The notes beneath the pieces are model-generated. The model saw only the letters and a program-made list of their open reading frames with translations, searched no databases and was not told the origin of the DNA. A stretch of 64,000 nucleotides of DNA from Myxococcota bacterium (GTDB lineage Bacteria; Myxococcota_A; UBA9160; UBA4427). This document shows positions 18,869 to 27,989 of the stretch, piece after piece. Position 1 is the first letter of the stretch. Every line of letters begins with the position of its first letter. Position numbers and translations under genes: made by a program. Where the stretch lies: contig OZ252299.1 of the NCBI GenBank assembly GCA_965250285.1, positions 4,160,001 to 4,224,000 on the forward strand, in the 5' to 3' direction.

Positions 18869-19723
18869 TCAGTAGGGCGCTTCGCCGTCGATCGTCACGC
18901 GATGGATCGTACGCGGCGCATCCCCATAGTCGGCGACGGCGTAGTGATGCGTCGAGCGATTGTCCCAGATCGCGACGTCGCCCTGGCTCCATCGCCAGCG
19001 GCACTGCAGCTCGGGCTGATTCTGATGCTCGAAGAGGAACGCGAGCACGGCGTCGGCCTCGCCCGGCGGCAGCCCTTCGATGTGTGCGGTGAACGTCGGG
19101 TTGACGAAGAGGATCTTTCGCCCCGTCACCGGATGCGTACGCACGACGGGGTGGATCGCGTGGGGCAGGCTCGACGTGTCGGGCACCTGCCCACCGGGAG
19201 CCTTCGTCTGCTGCGAACGCTCACGCACGATGTTGCGCACGGTTCCGTTCAGATCGTGCAACGCAGTCAGACCCTCGAGGTAGGCCTTCATCCGGTCGGA
19301 GAGCAGGTCGTACGCCGCGGCCATGTCGGCCCACATCGTGTCGCCGCCGTACGGTGGACACTCGACCATGTAGAGCACCGACCCCATCGGCGGCTCGGGC
19401 GAGATCGTGACGTCGCTGTGCCAGACGTTGGCGCGGCCGCCCTTCTGACCTTCGAGCACCACGATCTCACGGTGATCGGGGTGCGTCGGAAGGTACGCGG
19501 GATGGTCGGTGAAGATCGAGCCGAGCTTCGCGCTGAATGCGATCTGCTGCTCGGGCGTGAGCTTCTGGTCGCGGAAGAAGAGCACCTTGTGCTCACACAG
19601 CGCGGCGAGGATCGACTCGGACACGGTGTCGTTCTGATCTTCGCCGACGAGACCGAGGTCGATGTCGCGCACTTCGGCGCCGAGTGCGCCGGATACGGGG
19701 AGGAGGTCGAGCGGGGAGGTCAT
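18869..19723 (-). CDS. TauD/TfdA family 2-oxoglutarate-dependent dioxygenase
   Basis: WHSDVT, GGDT, HPVVRTHPVTGRK and WDNRSTHH...HR motifs. Confidence 0.93.
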   Translation of the reverse strand: MTSPLDLLPVSGALGAEVRDIDLGLVGEDQNDTVSESILAALCEHKVLFFRDQKLTPEQQIAFSAKLGSIFTDHPAYLPTHPDHREIVVLEGQKGGRANVWHSDVTISPEPPMGSVLYMVECPPYGGDTMWADMAAAYDLLSDRMKAYLEGLTALHDLNGTVRNIVRERSQQTKAPGGQVPDTSSLPHAIHPVVRTHPVTGRKILFVNPTFTAHIEGLPPGEADAVLAFLFEHQNQPELQCRWRWSQGDVAIWDNRSTHHYAVADYGDAPRTIHRVTIDGEAPY

Positions 19724-19780
19724 GTCGTCTCTCCAGGATCGAGGGGCGGGGCCCCGTGTGGGTGGGTTGCGGCGCAGCGT

Positions 19781-20401
19781 TCAGGCGCCAGGCGCCGGCG
19801 GGGCGACCGGGGCGCTCATGCCCCCGGTCACGAATTCGAGCAGCTCGGACACGTAGGCGTCGAGCCCCTCGCCGAAGGTCGATGGGCCCTGGGCGAGGCT
19901 GAACAGCATCACGTCGATCGCCCACTTGGCCCGCAGCAACAGCAGCGGTTCGGGGACGTCGGGCAACGCGGCGCGCATCAGCGGGCCGAGACGTTCGACC
20001 CCGCCCGCATGCCGGCCGATCACCCATTCGCGGTCGATGTCGCCCTCGGCGTGGAGACGCGAGATCAAACGCAGATAGCGGAGCCCGGCCGGGCCCTGCT
20101 CGCGCAGCAGCTCGGCCATGGGCTGGAGCAGGGTCGACAACACCTGGCGTGCCGTCGGCGGTGTGTCGGCGGCCTCGAGCGCGTCGAGCAGCTCGGCCCG
20201 GCGGCCCATCAGCGCCGGCATGCGCCGCTCGAGCAGCGCCTCGACGAGTGCCTCCTGGGTTCCGAAGTGGTAGTGGAGCGCCGCGGGCGAGAGACCGGCC
20301 TCGGCGTTGATCGCGCGCAGGGAAACGCCCCTCAGGCCGCGCGCGGCGAAGAGGTTCTCGGCGCAGTCGAGGAGGCGCTCTCGCGCAGAGGGGCGGGCCA
20401 T
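19781..20401 (-). CDS. TetR/AcrR family transcriptional regulator
   Basis: RERLLDCAENLFA.RG..VSLRAINAEAG.SPAALHYHFG HTH. Confidence 0.9.
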   Translation of the reverse strand: MARPSARERLLDCAENLFAARGLRGVSLRAINAEAGLSPAALHYHFGTQEALVEALLERRMPALMGRRAELLDALEAADTPPTARQVLSTLLQPMAELLREQGPAGLRYLRLISRLHAEGDIDREWVIGRHAGGVERLGPLMRAALPDVPEPLLLLRAKWAIDVMLFSLAQGPSTFGEGLDAYVSELLEFVTGGMSAPVAPPAPGA

Positions 20402-20416
20402 GGCTCGGAACCTAGC

Positions 20417-20445
20417 CTTATCACTTGATTCAATCAAGCGATAAG
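20417..20445. promoter_or_regulatory. 29-bp near-perfect palindrome, likely TetR operator
   Basis: CTTATCACTTGATT-C-AATCAAGCGATAAG with 13 of 14 arm positions paired, in the divergent intergenic region. Confidence 0.8.
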
Positions 20446-20559
20446 TTACTCTGAATCGGCCTTCTGGGGCGGGTGCGCCCGCTCGGGCGGGCCACCATCG
20501 ACCGTCGACCCAGCGCCGGCCTCGCCGCCGGCCCCTGCCCGAAGAGGGAGCGCCCCGAC

Positions 20560-22143
20560 ATGAGCGAGTTCGCACCGGACGTCGTCGTCATTGGAGCCGG
20601 CCACAACGGCCTGGCCACCGCCGCCCTGCTGGCCGACCGCGGCCAACGCGTGCTCGTGCTCGAGAAGAACCGCTACGTCGGCGGGATGGCCGGGACGCGC
20701 GAGATTCTGAAGGGCTGCCGAAACGACGTCGGCGCTTCGCTCCTGTTCCCGCTCGCGAAAGAAGTCACGGACGCGCTCGAACTCGATCGTTGGGGCGTTG
20801 AGCTGCTCGACCTCGACGTCATGTCGTGCACGCTCTCGAGCAAGGACGACCCGCCCGTCGTCTTCTACTCGAACCCGCTCAAGCTCGCCCTCGGCATCCT
20901 GAAGCGATTCGGCTTCAAGGCCTTCGTCGGGTTCGCCAAGCTCGTCGCGTTCACGCGCTACCCCGCCAAGGCCATCGCGCGCTACGCCGCCTGCACCGAA
21001 CCGAAGTCGTACGAGACGCTGCTCGCCGAGGCCCCTAACGAAAAGGCGCGCGAGGCGCTGCGGCTCACGTTCGAGGGCAGCGCGATGGATCTCATCGATC
21101 GCTTCTTCCCCGACGAAGAGCGACATCGCCCGCTGCGAGCCCTGCTGGCGTTCGCAGCCGTGCAGTCGACCTACAAGGGCCCCTACACGCCGGGCAGCGC
21201 CTTCTGCCTCGTCTACACCCTGTCGCCGAACGATTCGGGCGGCATCATGAAGCGCGTCCGCGGCGGAATGGGCTCGCTCAGCGAGGCGCTCGTGCGATCG
21301 ATCGAGGCGAAGGGCGGCGAGGTCCGGCTCGGCCAACCTGCCCGTCGCATCGTCGTCGAGGATGGACGCGCTACGGGCGTCGAGCTGAAGAACGGCCAGG
21401 TCGTGCACGCCCGGCACATCGTCTCGAACCTCGACAAGCAGGCGACGTTCTTCGGCCTCGTCGGCGAAGACGACACGCCCGCCGGCGTCGCCGAGACGAT
21501 CTCGGCGATCGATCATCGCGCGGCCTACGTCCACCTGCTCTTCAAGCTGAAGGGGCTTCCCGAGTACGGGGGTGCGCTCGCGTGGATGAACGACGACCCG
21601 GCCACACGCTTCAACATGTCGCTCTTCGCCGAGCCGCGCGATCTGCAGGCGAGCTACGAGGCGAGCCTCGCCGGTGAGCTGCCCACGAACCCGCCGGCGG
21701 CGCTGCAGATCCCGACCGTGGTCGACCCGACGCTCGCGCCCGAGGGCTTCCACATCGGCACGACCTACGGCTTCTACTTTCCGTTCGACGCCCACAAGGA
21801 CGTGCGCGGCAAGCTGCGCGACGAGATGGCGGAGCGCATCATCAACCGCATCGAGGGCGTGTACCCCGGCTTTCGCGAGCTGATCGTCGAGCAGGCGATC
21901 TTCTCGGCCGACCACTTCGCCACCATGCAGGGCGCGACCGGCGGCGACTTCACGCATGGCCTGCTCCACCCCGACCAGATGCTCGGGGCGCGGACGCTCG
22001 TCGAAGGCTCGGCCCATCGCACCCCCATCGAGGGCCTCTGGCTCTGCGGCGCGAGCTGCCACCCGGGGCCGGGGGTCACGTTCCTCCCAGGCTTCGGCTG
22101 CGCCGCCGAGATCGGCGAGACGCTCGATTCGAGCGACGGCTGA
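20560..22143 (+). CDS. Phytoene-dehydrogenase-like FAD-dependent oxidoreductase
   Basis: VIGAGHNGL, VLEK...GG, GGMGSLSEAL and TPIEGLWLCGASCHPGPGV motifs. Confidence 0.9.
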   Translation: MSEFAPDVVVIGAGHNGLATAALLADRGQRVLVLEKNRYVGGMAGTREILKGCRNDVGASLLFPLAKEVTDALELDRWGVELLDLDVMSCTLSSKDDPPVVFYSNPLKLALGILKRFGFKAFVGFAKLVAFTRYPAKAIARYAACTEPKSYETLLAEAPNEKAREALRLTFEGSAMDLIDRFFPDEERHRPLRALLAFAAVQSTYKGPYTPGSAFCLVYTLSPNDSGGIMKRVRGGMGSLSEALVRSIEAKGGEVRLGQPARRIVVEDGRATGVELKNGQVVHARHIVSNLDKQATFFGLVGEDDTPAGVAETISAIDHRAAYVHLLFKLKGLPEYGGALAWMNDDPATRFNMSLFAEPRDLQASYEASLAGELPTNPPAALQIPTVVDPTLAPEGFHIGTTYGFYFPFDAHKDVRGKLRDEMAERIINRIEGVYPGFRELIVEQAIFSADHFATMQGATGGDFTHGLLHPDQMLGARTLVEGSAHRTPIEGLWLCGASCHPGPGVTFLPGFGCAAEIGETLDSSDG

Positions 22144-22228
22144 TCCGACACCCACCGCGAGTACACGCTCGTCGAGTGCGACGATCCGTGAGACGACACC
22201 GAGAGAAAGAGAAGAGGACGCAGGTTCG

Positions 22229-23242
22229 ATGAAGATCGATGGAAACATGCTGGTCGACGACCCCGCCGAAGCCGGCCCGATCGCAGCGACGCTCGAGAGC
22301 AAGGGCTACCACGGCGCGTTCACCTACGAGGGCCGCCACGACCCGTTCTTTCCGCTGGTGGTCGCGGCTCAGTCGACCTCGCGCATCGAGCTGATGACGG
22401 CGATCGCGATCGGCTTCGCGCGCAATCCGATGACCCTCGCAAACATCGGCTACGACCTGCAGCTGATGTCGAAGGGGCGCTTCGTGCTCGGGCTCGGCAC
22501 GCAGATCAAGCCCCATATCGAGCGACGCTTCAGCATGACCTGGTCGAAGCCCGCGGCCCGCATGCGCGAGATGATCCTCGCGATTCGGGCCATCTGGTCG
22601 TGCTGGCAAGAGGACGAGCGACTCGAGTTTCGCGGCGAATTCTACGAGCACACGCTGATGACGCCCGTCTTCAATCCCGGCCCGAATCCATTCGGTGTAC
22701 CGAAGATCTTCGCTGCCGGCGTCGGTCCGCGCATGACCGAGGCCGTCGGCGAGGTGGCCGATGGCTTCTTCGTGCACCCGTTCCACACGACCGACTTCCT
22801 GCGCACGCAGACGACGGCCTGGCTGAGTGCGGGGCTCGAGACCTCTGGGCGGACGCGAAGCGACTTCGAGATCGCCGGCCAGTGCATCATCGTGACCGGC
22901 CGCACCGACGAAGAGTTCGAGACGGCGCGCAACGGTGCTCGCGCCCAGCTCAGCTTCTACGGTTCGACCCCGGCGTACCGGCCGGTGCTCGACCACATCG
23001 GCATGGGCGATCTGCAAGAAGAGCTGAACCGGCTGTCGAAACAGGGCAAGTGGCTCGAGATGGCCGGTCTGATCGACGACGATCTGCTCGCTCAGCTCGC
23101 CGTCGTAGCGCCCCGCGACGGTCTCGCCGAAGAGCTGCGCAAGCGTTACGCCGGCGTCGTCGATCGACTGAGCCTCGTCTCCCACACATCCCCCGACCCC
23201 GATCTGTGGGCCGACGTCGTGCAGGCGCTCGCCGACGCATGA
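22229..23242 (+). CDS. LLM-class, probably F420-dependent oxidoreductase (TIGR03617-like)
   Basis: E..HDPF, IAIGFARNPM, GLGTQIKPHIERRFS, FYEHTLMTP and FYGSTPAY motifs. Confidence 0.88.
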   Translation: MKIDGNMLVDDPAEAGPIAATLESKGYHGAFTYEGRHDPFFPLVVAAQSTSRIELMTAIAIGFARNPMTLANIGYDLQLMSKGRFVLGLGTQIKPHIERRFSMTWSKPAARMREMILAIRAIWSCWQEDERLEFRGEFYEHTLMTPVFNPGPNPFGVPKIFAAGVGPRMTEAVGEVADGFFVHPFHTTDFLRTQTTAWLSAGLETSGRTRSDFEIAGQCIIVTGRTDEEFETARNGARAQLSFYGSTPAYRPVLDHIGMGDLQEELNRLSKQGKWLEMAGLIDDDLLAQLAVVAPRDGLAEELRKRYAGVVDRLSLVSHTSPDPDLWADVVQALADA

Positions 23243-23295
23243 CGGTCGCTGCGCGCAGGGGCGGCCGAGCGGCCCCTGCGGAGCCCTCCCGATGA
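23239..23295 (+). other. 18-codon bridging micro-ORF (MTVAARRGGRAAPAEPSR)
   Basis: ATGA overlap with the LLM stop and ATGA overlap with the kinase start. Confidence 0.35.
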
Positions 23296-24527
23296 GAGAC
23301 CAGTTGATCCTCACGCGAGCCCTCACGCGTGCGCTCGTCGACGTCGGCGTCGATGCGTGCAGCGATCCCTTCGGAGGGGCGCTGCCCCTCACCCCGGCGC
23401 CCTTCACCGACCCGAGCGTGCTCGCGAACCTGTTGCAAGCGCACGGGGTCACACCGTGGCCCGTCGACGAACGCCCCGAACGCATCCGTGAGACAGCGCG
23501 CGAGGCACCGAGCAGCAACTGCCGCAACTCGGTCCTCACGCTCGATTGGGCGAATTCGGCCGGCGCGGACGCACCGGCGTCGATCTTCGTGAAGCAACCG
23601 TCTCCCGATCGACCGACGCGTGTGTTCGCGAACCTGATCGGTTTCTGGAAGATCGAGTGTGCCGTGTGCCGCCACCTCTCTCGACAGCTGCCGATCGCAT
23701 CGCCCCGAATCTGGGCCGTCGACGAGCGACGAAGCCGATTCGTGATCGTGATGGAAGACCTCGCCACGCGACCGAGCGCCCGGCTCTTCGTGAACCGCGC
23801 GATGCTCGAAGGCATCGACATCGAGCTTGCCCGACGGTGCGTGCGCACGCTCGCCAAGCTGCATGCCGGGTTCGAGGGCTGGCCGAGCGAGCGCCGCGAA
23901 GCAGCATTGCCGCTCGCCCTGCATCCCTTCCTCTCGCCGTCGCTCGAGCCCATCATGCTCGCCGTGAATCGCCTCGCCGTTCCGCGCTGCGCAGAACGAT
24001 CGAATGGGATGGTCGGAGACAGCGAAGCCACCCTCGCACACCGCGCCTTCGCACACTGGCCGGCCCTGCAGCGCGCGTGGTACGGCGAACCCTGGACGCT
24101 CGTTCACGGCGACAGCCACATCGGCAACTTCTTCGAGGTCGGTGGCGAGCTGGGCATGCTCGACTTTCAGGGGGCCCACTGGGGGCGGGGGACACGCGAC
24201 GTCGCCTATTTCCTGATGAACTCGATGCGTGCCGACGTGCTCGCCGAGCACGAGCGCTCCATCGTCGAGACCTACTGCGAAGCGCGCGCCGAGCACGGGG
24301 CGCCGCTCGACCCCGAGACCGCGTGGCACGAGTACCGCGGCTTCTCGTTCCAGACGCTGATGACGTCTGTCGTCTCGCTCGGCCTCGGCTCGTTCACGGA
24401 CAGCGACGCCGTCATCGACGCCATGCTCGAACGATCGGTCGCGGCCGTGCGTCGACTCCGGTTCGCCGATTGGCTCGACGAGGCGATCGATCGCGACGCC
24501 TCGGCTCACGAAGGCCTCGCGGCATGA
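23292..24527 (+). CDS. Ecdysteroid-kinase-like / APH-fold phosphotransferase
   Basis: FVK, MEDL, TLVHGDSHIGNFF, LDFQ and DVAYFL motifs. Confidence 0.85.
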   Translation: MRDQLILTRALTRALVDVGVDACSDPFGGALPLTPAPFTDPSVLANLLQAHGVTPWPVDERPERIRETAREAPSSNCRNSVLTLDWANSAGADAPASIFVKQPSPDRPTRVFANLIGFWKIECAVCRHLSRQLPIASPRIWAVDERRSRFVIVMEDLATRPSARLFVNRAMLEGIDIELARRCVRTLAKLHAGFEGWPSERREAALPLALHPFLSPSLEPIMLAVNRLAVPRCAERSNGMVGDSEATLAHRAFAHWPALQRAWYGEPWTLVHGDSHIGNFFEVGGELGMLDFQGAHWGRGTRDVAYFLMNSMRADVLAEHERSIVETYCEARAEHGAPLDPETAWHEYRGFSFQTLMTSVVSLGLGSFTDSDAVIDAMLERSVAAVRRLRFADWLDEAIDRDASAHEGLAA

Positions 24528-24670
24528 GCGATCGCGTCGAATCCGAGAGCGAGATCGTCGGGGCGCGCATGCAGACGCGAGCACCCGGGTTCAGCGCACC
24601 CAACCCTGCGTCGCCGCACCGCCTGCGGCGCGCCCCATCACCCCCGGTCGAGTCAGGAGAATCCGAATGA
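24524..24670 (+). other. 48-codon bridging ORF (MSDRVESESEIVG...ESGESE)
   Basis: ATGA overlap with the kinase stop and ATGA overlap with the sulfatase start. Confidence 0.35.
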
Positions 24671-26331
24671 ACGCCCAACCCACCGCGCGACGCACGGGTC
24701 GCACGGCGCAGATCGCCCGCGTCGTCTGTGGCGCTCTCGGGCTCGCCTCGGCGCCCTTCGCCGCGATGCCCGCCATGGCGGCTCCCGATCAGCCGAACGT
24801 GATCATCTTTCTTGCGGACGATCTCGGCTGGTCGGACGTCGGCTACCACGGCGAAGAGGTGATCGAGACGCCTTCGCTCGATCGGCTCGCGGCAGAGGGT
24901 GTTCAGCTCGATCGCTTCTACACAACGCCGATCTGCTCCCCCACGCGCGCGGCGCTGATGACGGGGCGCGACCCCATTCGACTCGGCGTCGCCTACGGCG
25001 TGATCATGCCCTGGCACACCAACGGCATTCACCCCGACGAACGCTTCATGCCCGAGAGCTTCCGCGATGCGGGCTATCAGACGGCCATGGTCGGCAAGTG
25101 GCACCTGGGCCATGCGCAAAGCACCTATCACCCGAACGAGCGCGGGTTCGAGCACTTCTATGGCCACCTCCACACCGAGGTCGGGTACTTCCCGCCCTTC
25201 GCGAATCAGGGCGGTAAGGACTTTCAGCGCAACGGCGAGTCGATCAGCGACGAGGGCTATGAGACGTTCCTGCTGGCCGACGAAGCTTCTCGCTATATCC
25301 GTGAACGAGACCCCGAGAAGCCCTTCTTTCTGTACGTGCCCTTCATCGCACCGCATACGCCACTCGACGCGCCCGACGATCTGAAGGCGAAGTACGCCGA
25401 CATGGACGACGACCGCAAGGCGGCGCGCAGCAAGAACACCGACCAGTCACGCCAGATCGCCAAGCTGATGATGCGCCCGAGCGCCCGGCCGATGTACGCA
25501 GCCGTCGTCGACGCGATGGATCAGGCCGTCGGCCGAGTGCTCGACACGCTCGATGAGCAGGGGATCGCCGACGACACGATCGTCCTCTTCTTCAGCGACA
25601 ACGGCGGCGCAGCCTACGCGACCGGCGGCGCCGACAACGTGCCGCTGCGGGGTGGCAAGGGCGAGACCTTCGAGGGCGGCATCCGCGTCGTTTCGGTCAT
25701 GCGCTGGCCCGATCAGCTCGAAGCAGGAACGAAATTCGAGAGCATCATGAGCGTGATGGACGTCTTCCCGACTCTGGCTGCCGCGGCCGGCGTCGACCCG
25801 CAGCCGAACTTCGAGCTCGATGGGAACGACCTCTGGGCCGCCATTCGGGAGGGCGAACCGGCGCCGCGCGACGAATACGTCTTCTTTGCGTCAGAGACCC
25901 CGATCCATGGGCGCTTCAGCATCACGGCCTTCGACGACGAGTGGAAGCTCGTTCAGCAGATCGAGCAGGGCCTGCTGTCGGCCGACGTCGAGAATTACCT
26001 GTTCCGCATCTCCGACGATCCGAACGAGCACAACAACCTCGCCGACAAACACCCCGAGGTCGTGCAGAAGATGGCGGAGGCCATTCACCACTGGCGAACC
26101 ATGTACCCGGTGGCCGGCACCCGGCACGAGCTCGTACCGCCGCCGGGCTGGCGAGCCCCGAAGGACTGGGTCGACTATCCCGTGCCCGTCGAGGATCTCC
26201 AGGATACGCCCGCCCCCGGCATGCCCCCGCCGTATGCCCTGCGGCCGCTCGACTGGCAGCACGGAGAGGTCGGGCGTCTCATCTACGACTGCGAGCCCTA
26301 CGCCTGGATCGGTGGCGGCCTCTGCAAGTAG
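24667..26331 (+). CDS. Secreted Cys-type arylsulfatase (sulfatase family S1)
   Basis: Signal peptide, PNVIIFLADDLG, formylglycine motif CSPTRAALMTGR, GKWHLG and SDNGG. Confidence 0.93.
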   Translation: MNAQPTARRTGRTAQIARVVCGALGLASAPFAAMPAMAAPDQPNVIIFLADDLGWSDVGYHGEEVIETPSLDRLAAEGVQLDRFYTTPICSPTRAALMTGRDPIRLGVAYGVIMPWHTNGIHPDERFMPESFRDAGYQTAMVGKWHLGHAQSTYHPNERGFEHFYGHLHTEVGYFPPFANQGGKDFQRNGESISDEGYETFLLADEASRYIRERDPEKPFFLYVPFIAPHTPLDAPDDLKAKYADMDDDRKAARSKNTDQSRQIAKLMMRPSARPMYAAVVDAMDQAVGRVLDTLDEQGIADDTIVLFFSDNGGAAYATGGADNVPLRGGKGETFEGGIRVVSVMRWPDQLEAGTKFESIMSVMDVFPTLAAAAGVDPQPNFELDGNDLWAAIREGEPAPRDEYVFFASETPIHGRFSITAFDDEWKLVQQIEQGLLSADVENYLFRISDDPNEHNNLADKHPEVVQKMAEAIHHWRTMYPVAGTRHELVPPPGWRAPKDWVDYPVPVEDLQDTPAPGMPPPYALRPLDWQHGEVGRLIYDCEPYAWIGGGLCK

Positions 26332-26370
26332 CCGAGCGACGGCGCGCGGCGCCGAGTCAAGGGAGACGAC

Positions 26371-27141
26371 ATGGCTTCACTGCAGCGAGAGACGAGCACG
26401 GACGGGGTCTGCACGCTGACCCTCGACCGCCCCGAGCGCAAGAACGCAATCGACTTCGACCTGGCCGACGAGCTCGATAGGGCGCTGCATCAGGCCGAGG
26501 CCGATGCGGGCGTGCGCGTCGTCGTACTGACGGGCGCGAACGAGACGTTCAGCGCCGGGGGCGATCTGGGAGGCGGCGGCGACGAGGGCCACATGATGTC
26601 GACGATGCGTCGCATCACGGCGCCCGCCCTCACGCTCCATCACTTCTCGAAGCCGACGATCGCGAAGGTCGACGGCACCGCGGCCGGGGCCGGGTGGAAC
26701 ATCGCACTCGGCTGCGATCTCGTCGTTGCGAGCGACCGCGCTCGCTTCTGCCAGATCTTCGCGAAGCGAGCGCTCTCGGTGGACTACGGAGGCACGTGGC
26801 TCTTGCCGCGGCTCGTCGGCCTCCACAAGGCCAAAGAGCTCGCGATGCTCGCCGAGTTCGTCCCGGCCGAAGAGGCACATCGCCTCGGGCTCGTCAATCG
26901 AGTCGTGCCCGCTGCCGAGCTCGACGCCTTCGTCGACGACTGGGCGAGCCGACTCGCCGCCGGCCCACCCATCGCTCTGTCGCTCACGAAGCGCATGCTG
27001 ACCGATGCTTCGTCGCGCACGTTCGACGATGCGATCGACGCCGAGAACGTCTCGCAATCGGTGAACATCGCGACCGAGGATACGCGCGAAGGCCTCACCG
27101 CGTTCTTTCAGAAGCGCGCGCCCGTCTTCAAGGGGCGCTGA
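26371..27141 (+). CDS. Enoyl-CoA hydratase/isomerase (PaaG-like)
   Basis: LDRPERKNA, FSAGGDL, KPTIAKVDGTAAGAG and EG..AF.QKR.P.FKGR motifs. Confidence 0.9.
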   Translation: MASLQRETSTDGVCTLTLDRPERKNAIDFDLADELDRALHQAEADAGVRVVVLTGANETFSAGGDLGGGGDEGHMMSTMRRITAPALTLHHFSKPTIAKVDGTAAGAGWNIALGCDLVVASDRARFCQIFAKRALSVDYGGTWLLPRLVGLHKAKELAMLAEFVPAEEAHRLGLVNRVVPAAELDAFVDDWASRLAAGPPIALSLTKRMLTDASSRTFDDAIDAENVSQSVNIATEDTREGLTAFFQKRAPVFKGR

Positions 27142-27186
27142 AGCCGAGCGGTGCTCGTCTCGAGCCGCGCCCGAGCTCGGCTCGGA

Positions 27187-27822
27187 TCACATCGCGGGCA
27201 CAGCTCGCAGGATGATCTCGGTGCGACGGTTGCGTGCACGGTTCTCGGGCGAATCGTTCGGCACGAGCGGGGCGAAGGGACCGCGCGAGACCGCGCGCAG
27301 TCGCGTCGGATCGACACCGTTCTCGGAGAGCTCACGCACGACCAGGGCAGCGCGTGCGCCCGCAAGCTCCCAGTTCGTGGGGTAGCGAGCGCGCAGGCTC
27401 TTGCCCACCGGCACGTCGTCGGTGTGACCCTCGACGAAGATGATCGCGTCTTCGTCCTTGATCTGACCGGCGACGCGCGCGATCAACGAGGTCCCGGTCT
27501 CACCGATCGTCGTGCCGCCCGAGCTGAACAGCAGCTCGTCGGAGACACCCAGGCGGATCCCGTCGACGACCTCCTGGATCGTGATCTGACCGGCTTCGAC
27601 CTCCGACTGCAGCTCGCGGACGAGCTCACCGTAGGTGCTCTTCATCTCTTCGTTCTCGGCCCGCAGGCTCTCGAGCTGACCCGCGATCTCGGTCTGCTCC
27701 GCGGCGAGCGCATCGCGCTCGGCTTCGAGCTCGTTGTACTTGCCCGAGGAAACGCAGCCGATGGACGTCACGGCCGTCAGCGCCACGGCGAAAGCGAGAG
27801 AAAGGATCTTTCGATGATGCAT
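27187..27822 (-). CDS. OmpA/MotB-family peptidoglycan-binding lipoprotein with coiled coil
   Basis: Lipobox SIGC, coiled coil, VEGHTD..P, NWELAGARA and RNRRTEI motifs. Confidence 0.88.
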   Translation of the reverse strand: MHHRKILSLAFAVALTAVTSIGCVSSGKYNELEAERDALAAEQTEIAGQLESLRAENEEMKSTYGELVRELQSEVEAGQITIQEVVDGIRLGVSDELLFSSGGTTIGETGTSLIARVAGQIKDEDAIIFVEGHTDDVPVGKSLRARYPTNWELAGARAALVVRELSENGVDPTRLRAVSRGPFAPLVPNDSPENRARNRRTEIILRAVPAM

Positions 27823-27989
27823 GTCAGGACCTCCAGGCCGGGACGATGCCACTCCTCCAATCGAGCGCAACGCCGGTGGGTGTTGATCGTGACCCGAGTC
27901 ACCCCCGACTGCATCACGTCGATCTCTGAGTGGGGGCGTTTCGCGTCGCCCGCGTGGGCCGCGCTAGGCTCTTTTGCCCTGGAGGCTTC

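Noticed and set aside
20560..22143. Carotenoid biosynthesis crtI
   Set aside because: No crtB or crtE nearby; the context is catabolic and this FAD family is broad.
27187..27822. Flagellar stator motB
   Set aside because: It has a lipoprotein signal and coiled coil rather than the MotB TM with the conserved Asp, and there is no motA partner.
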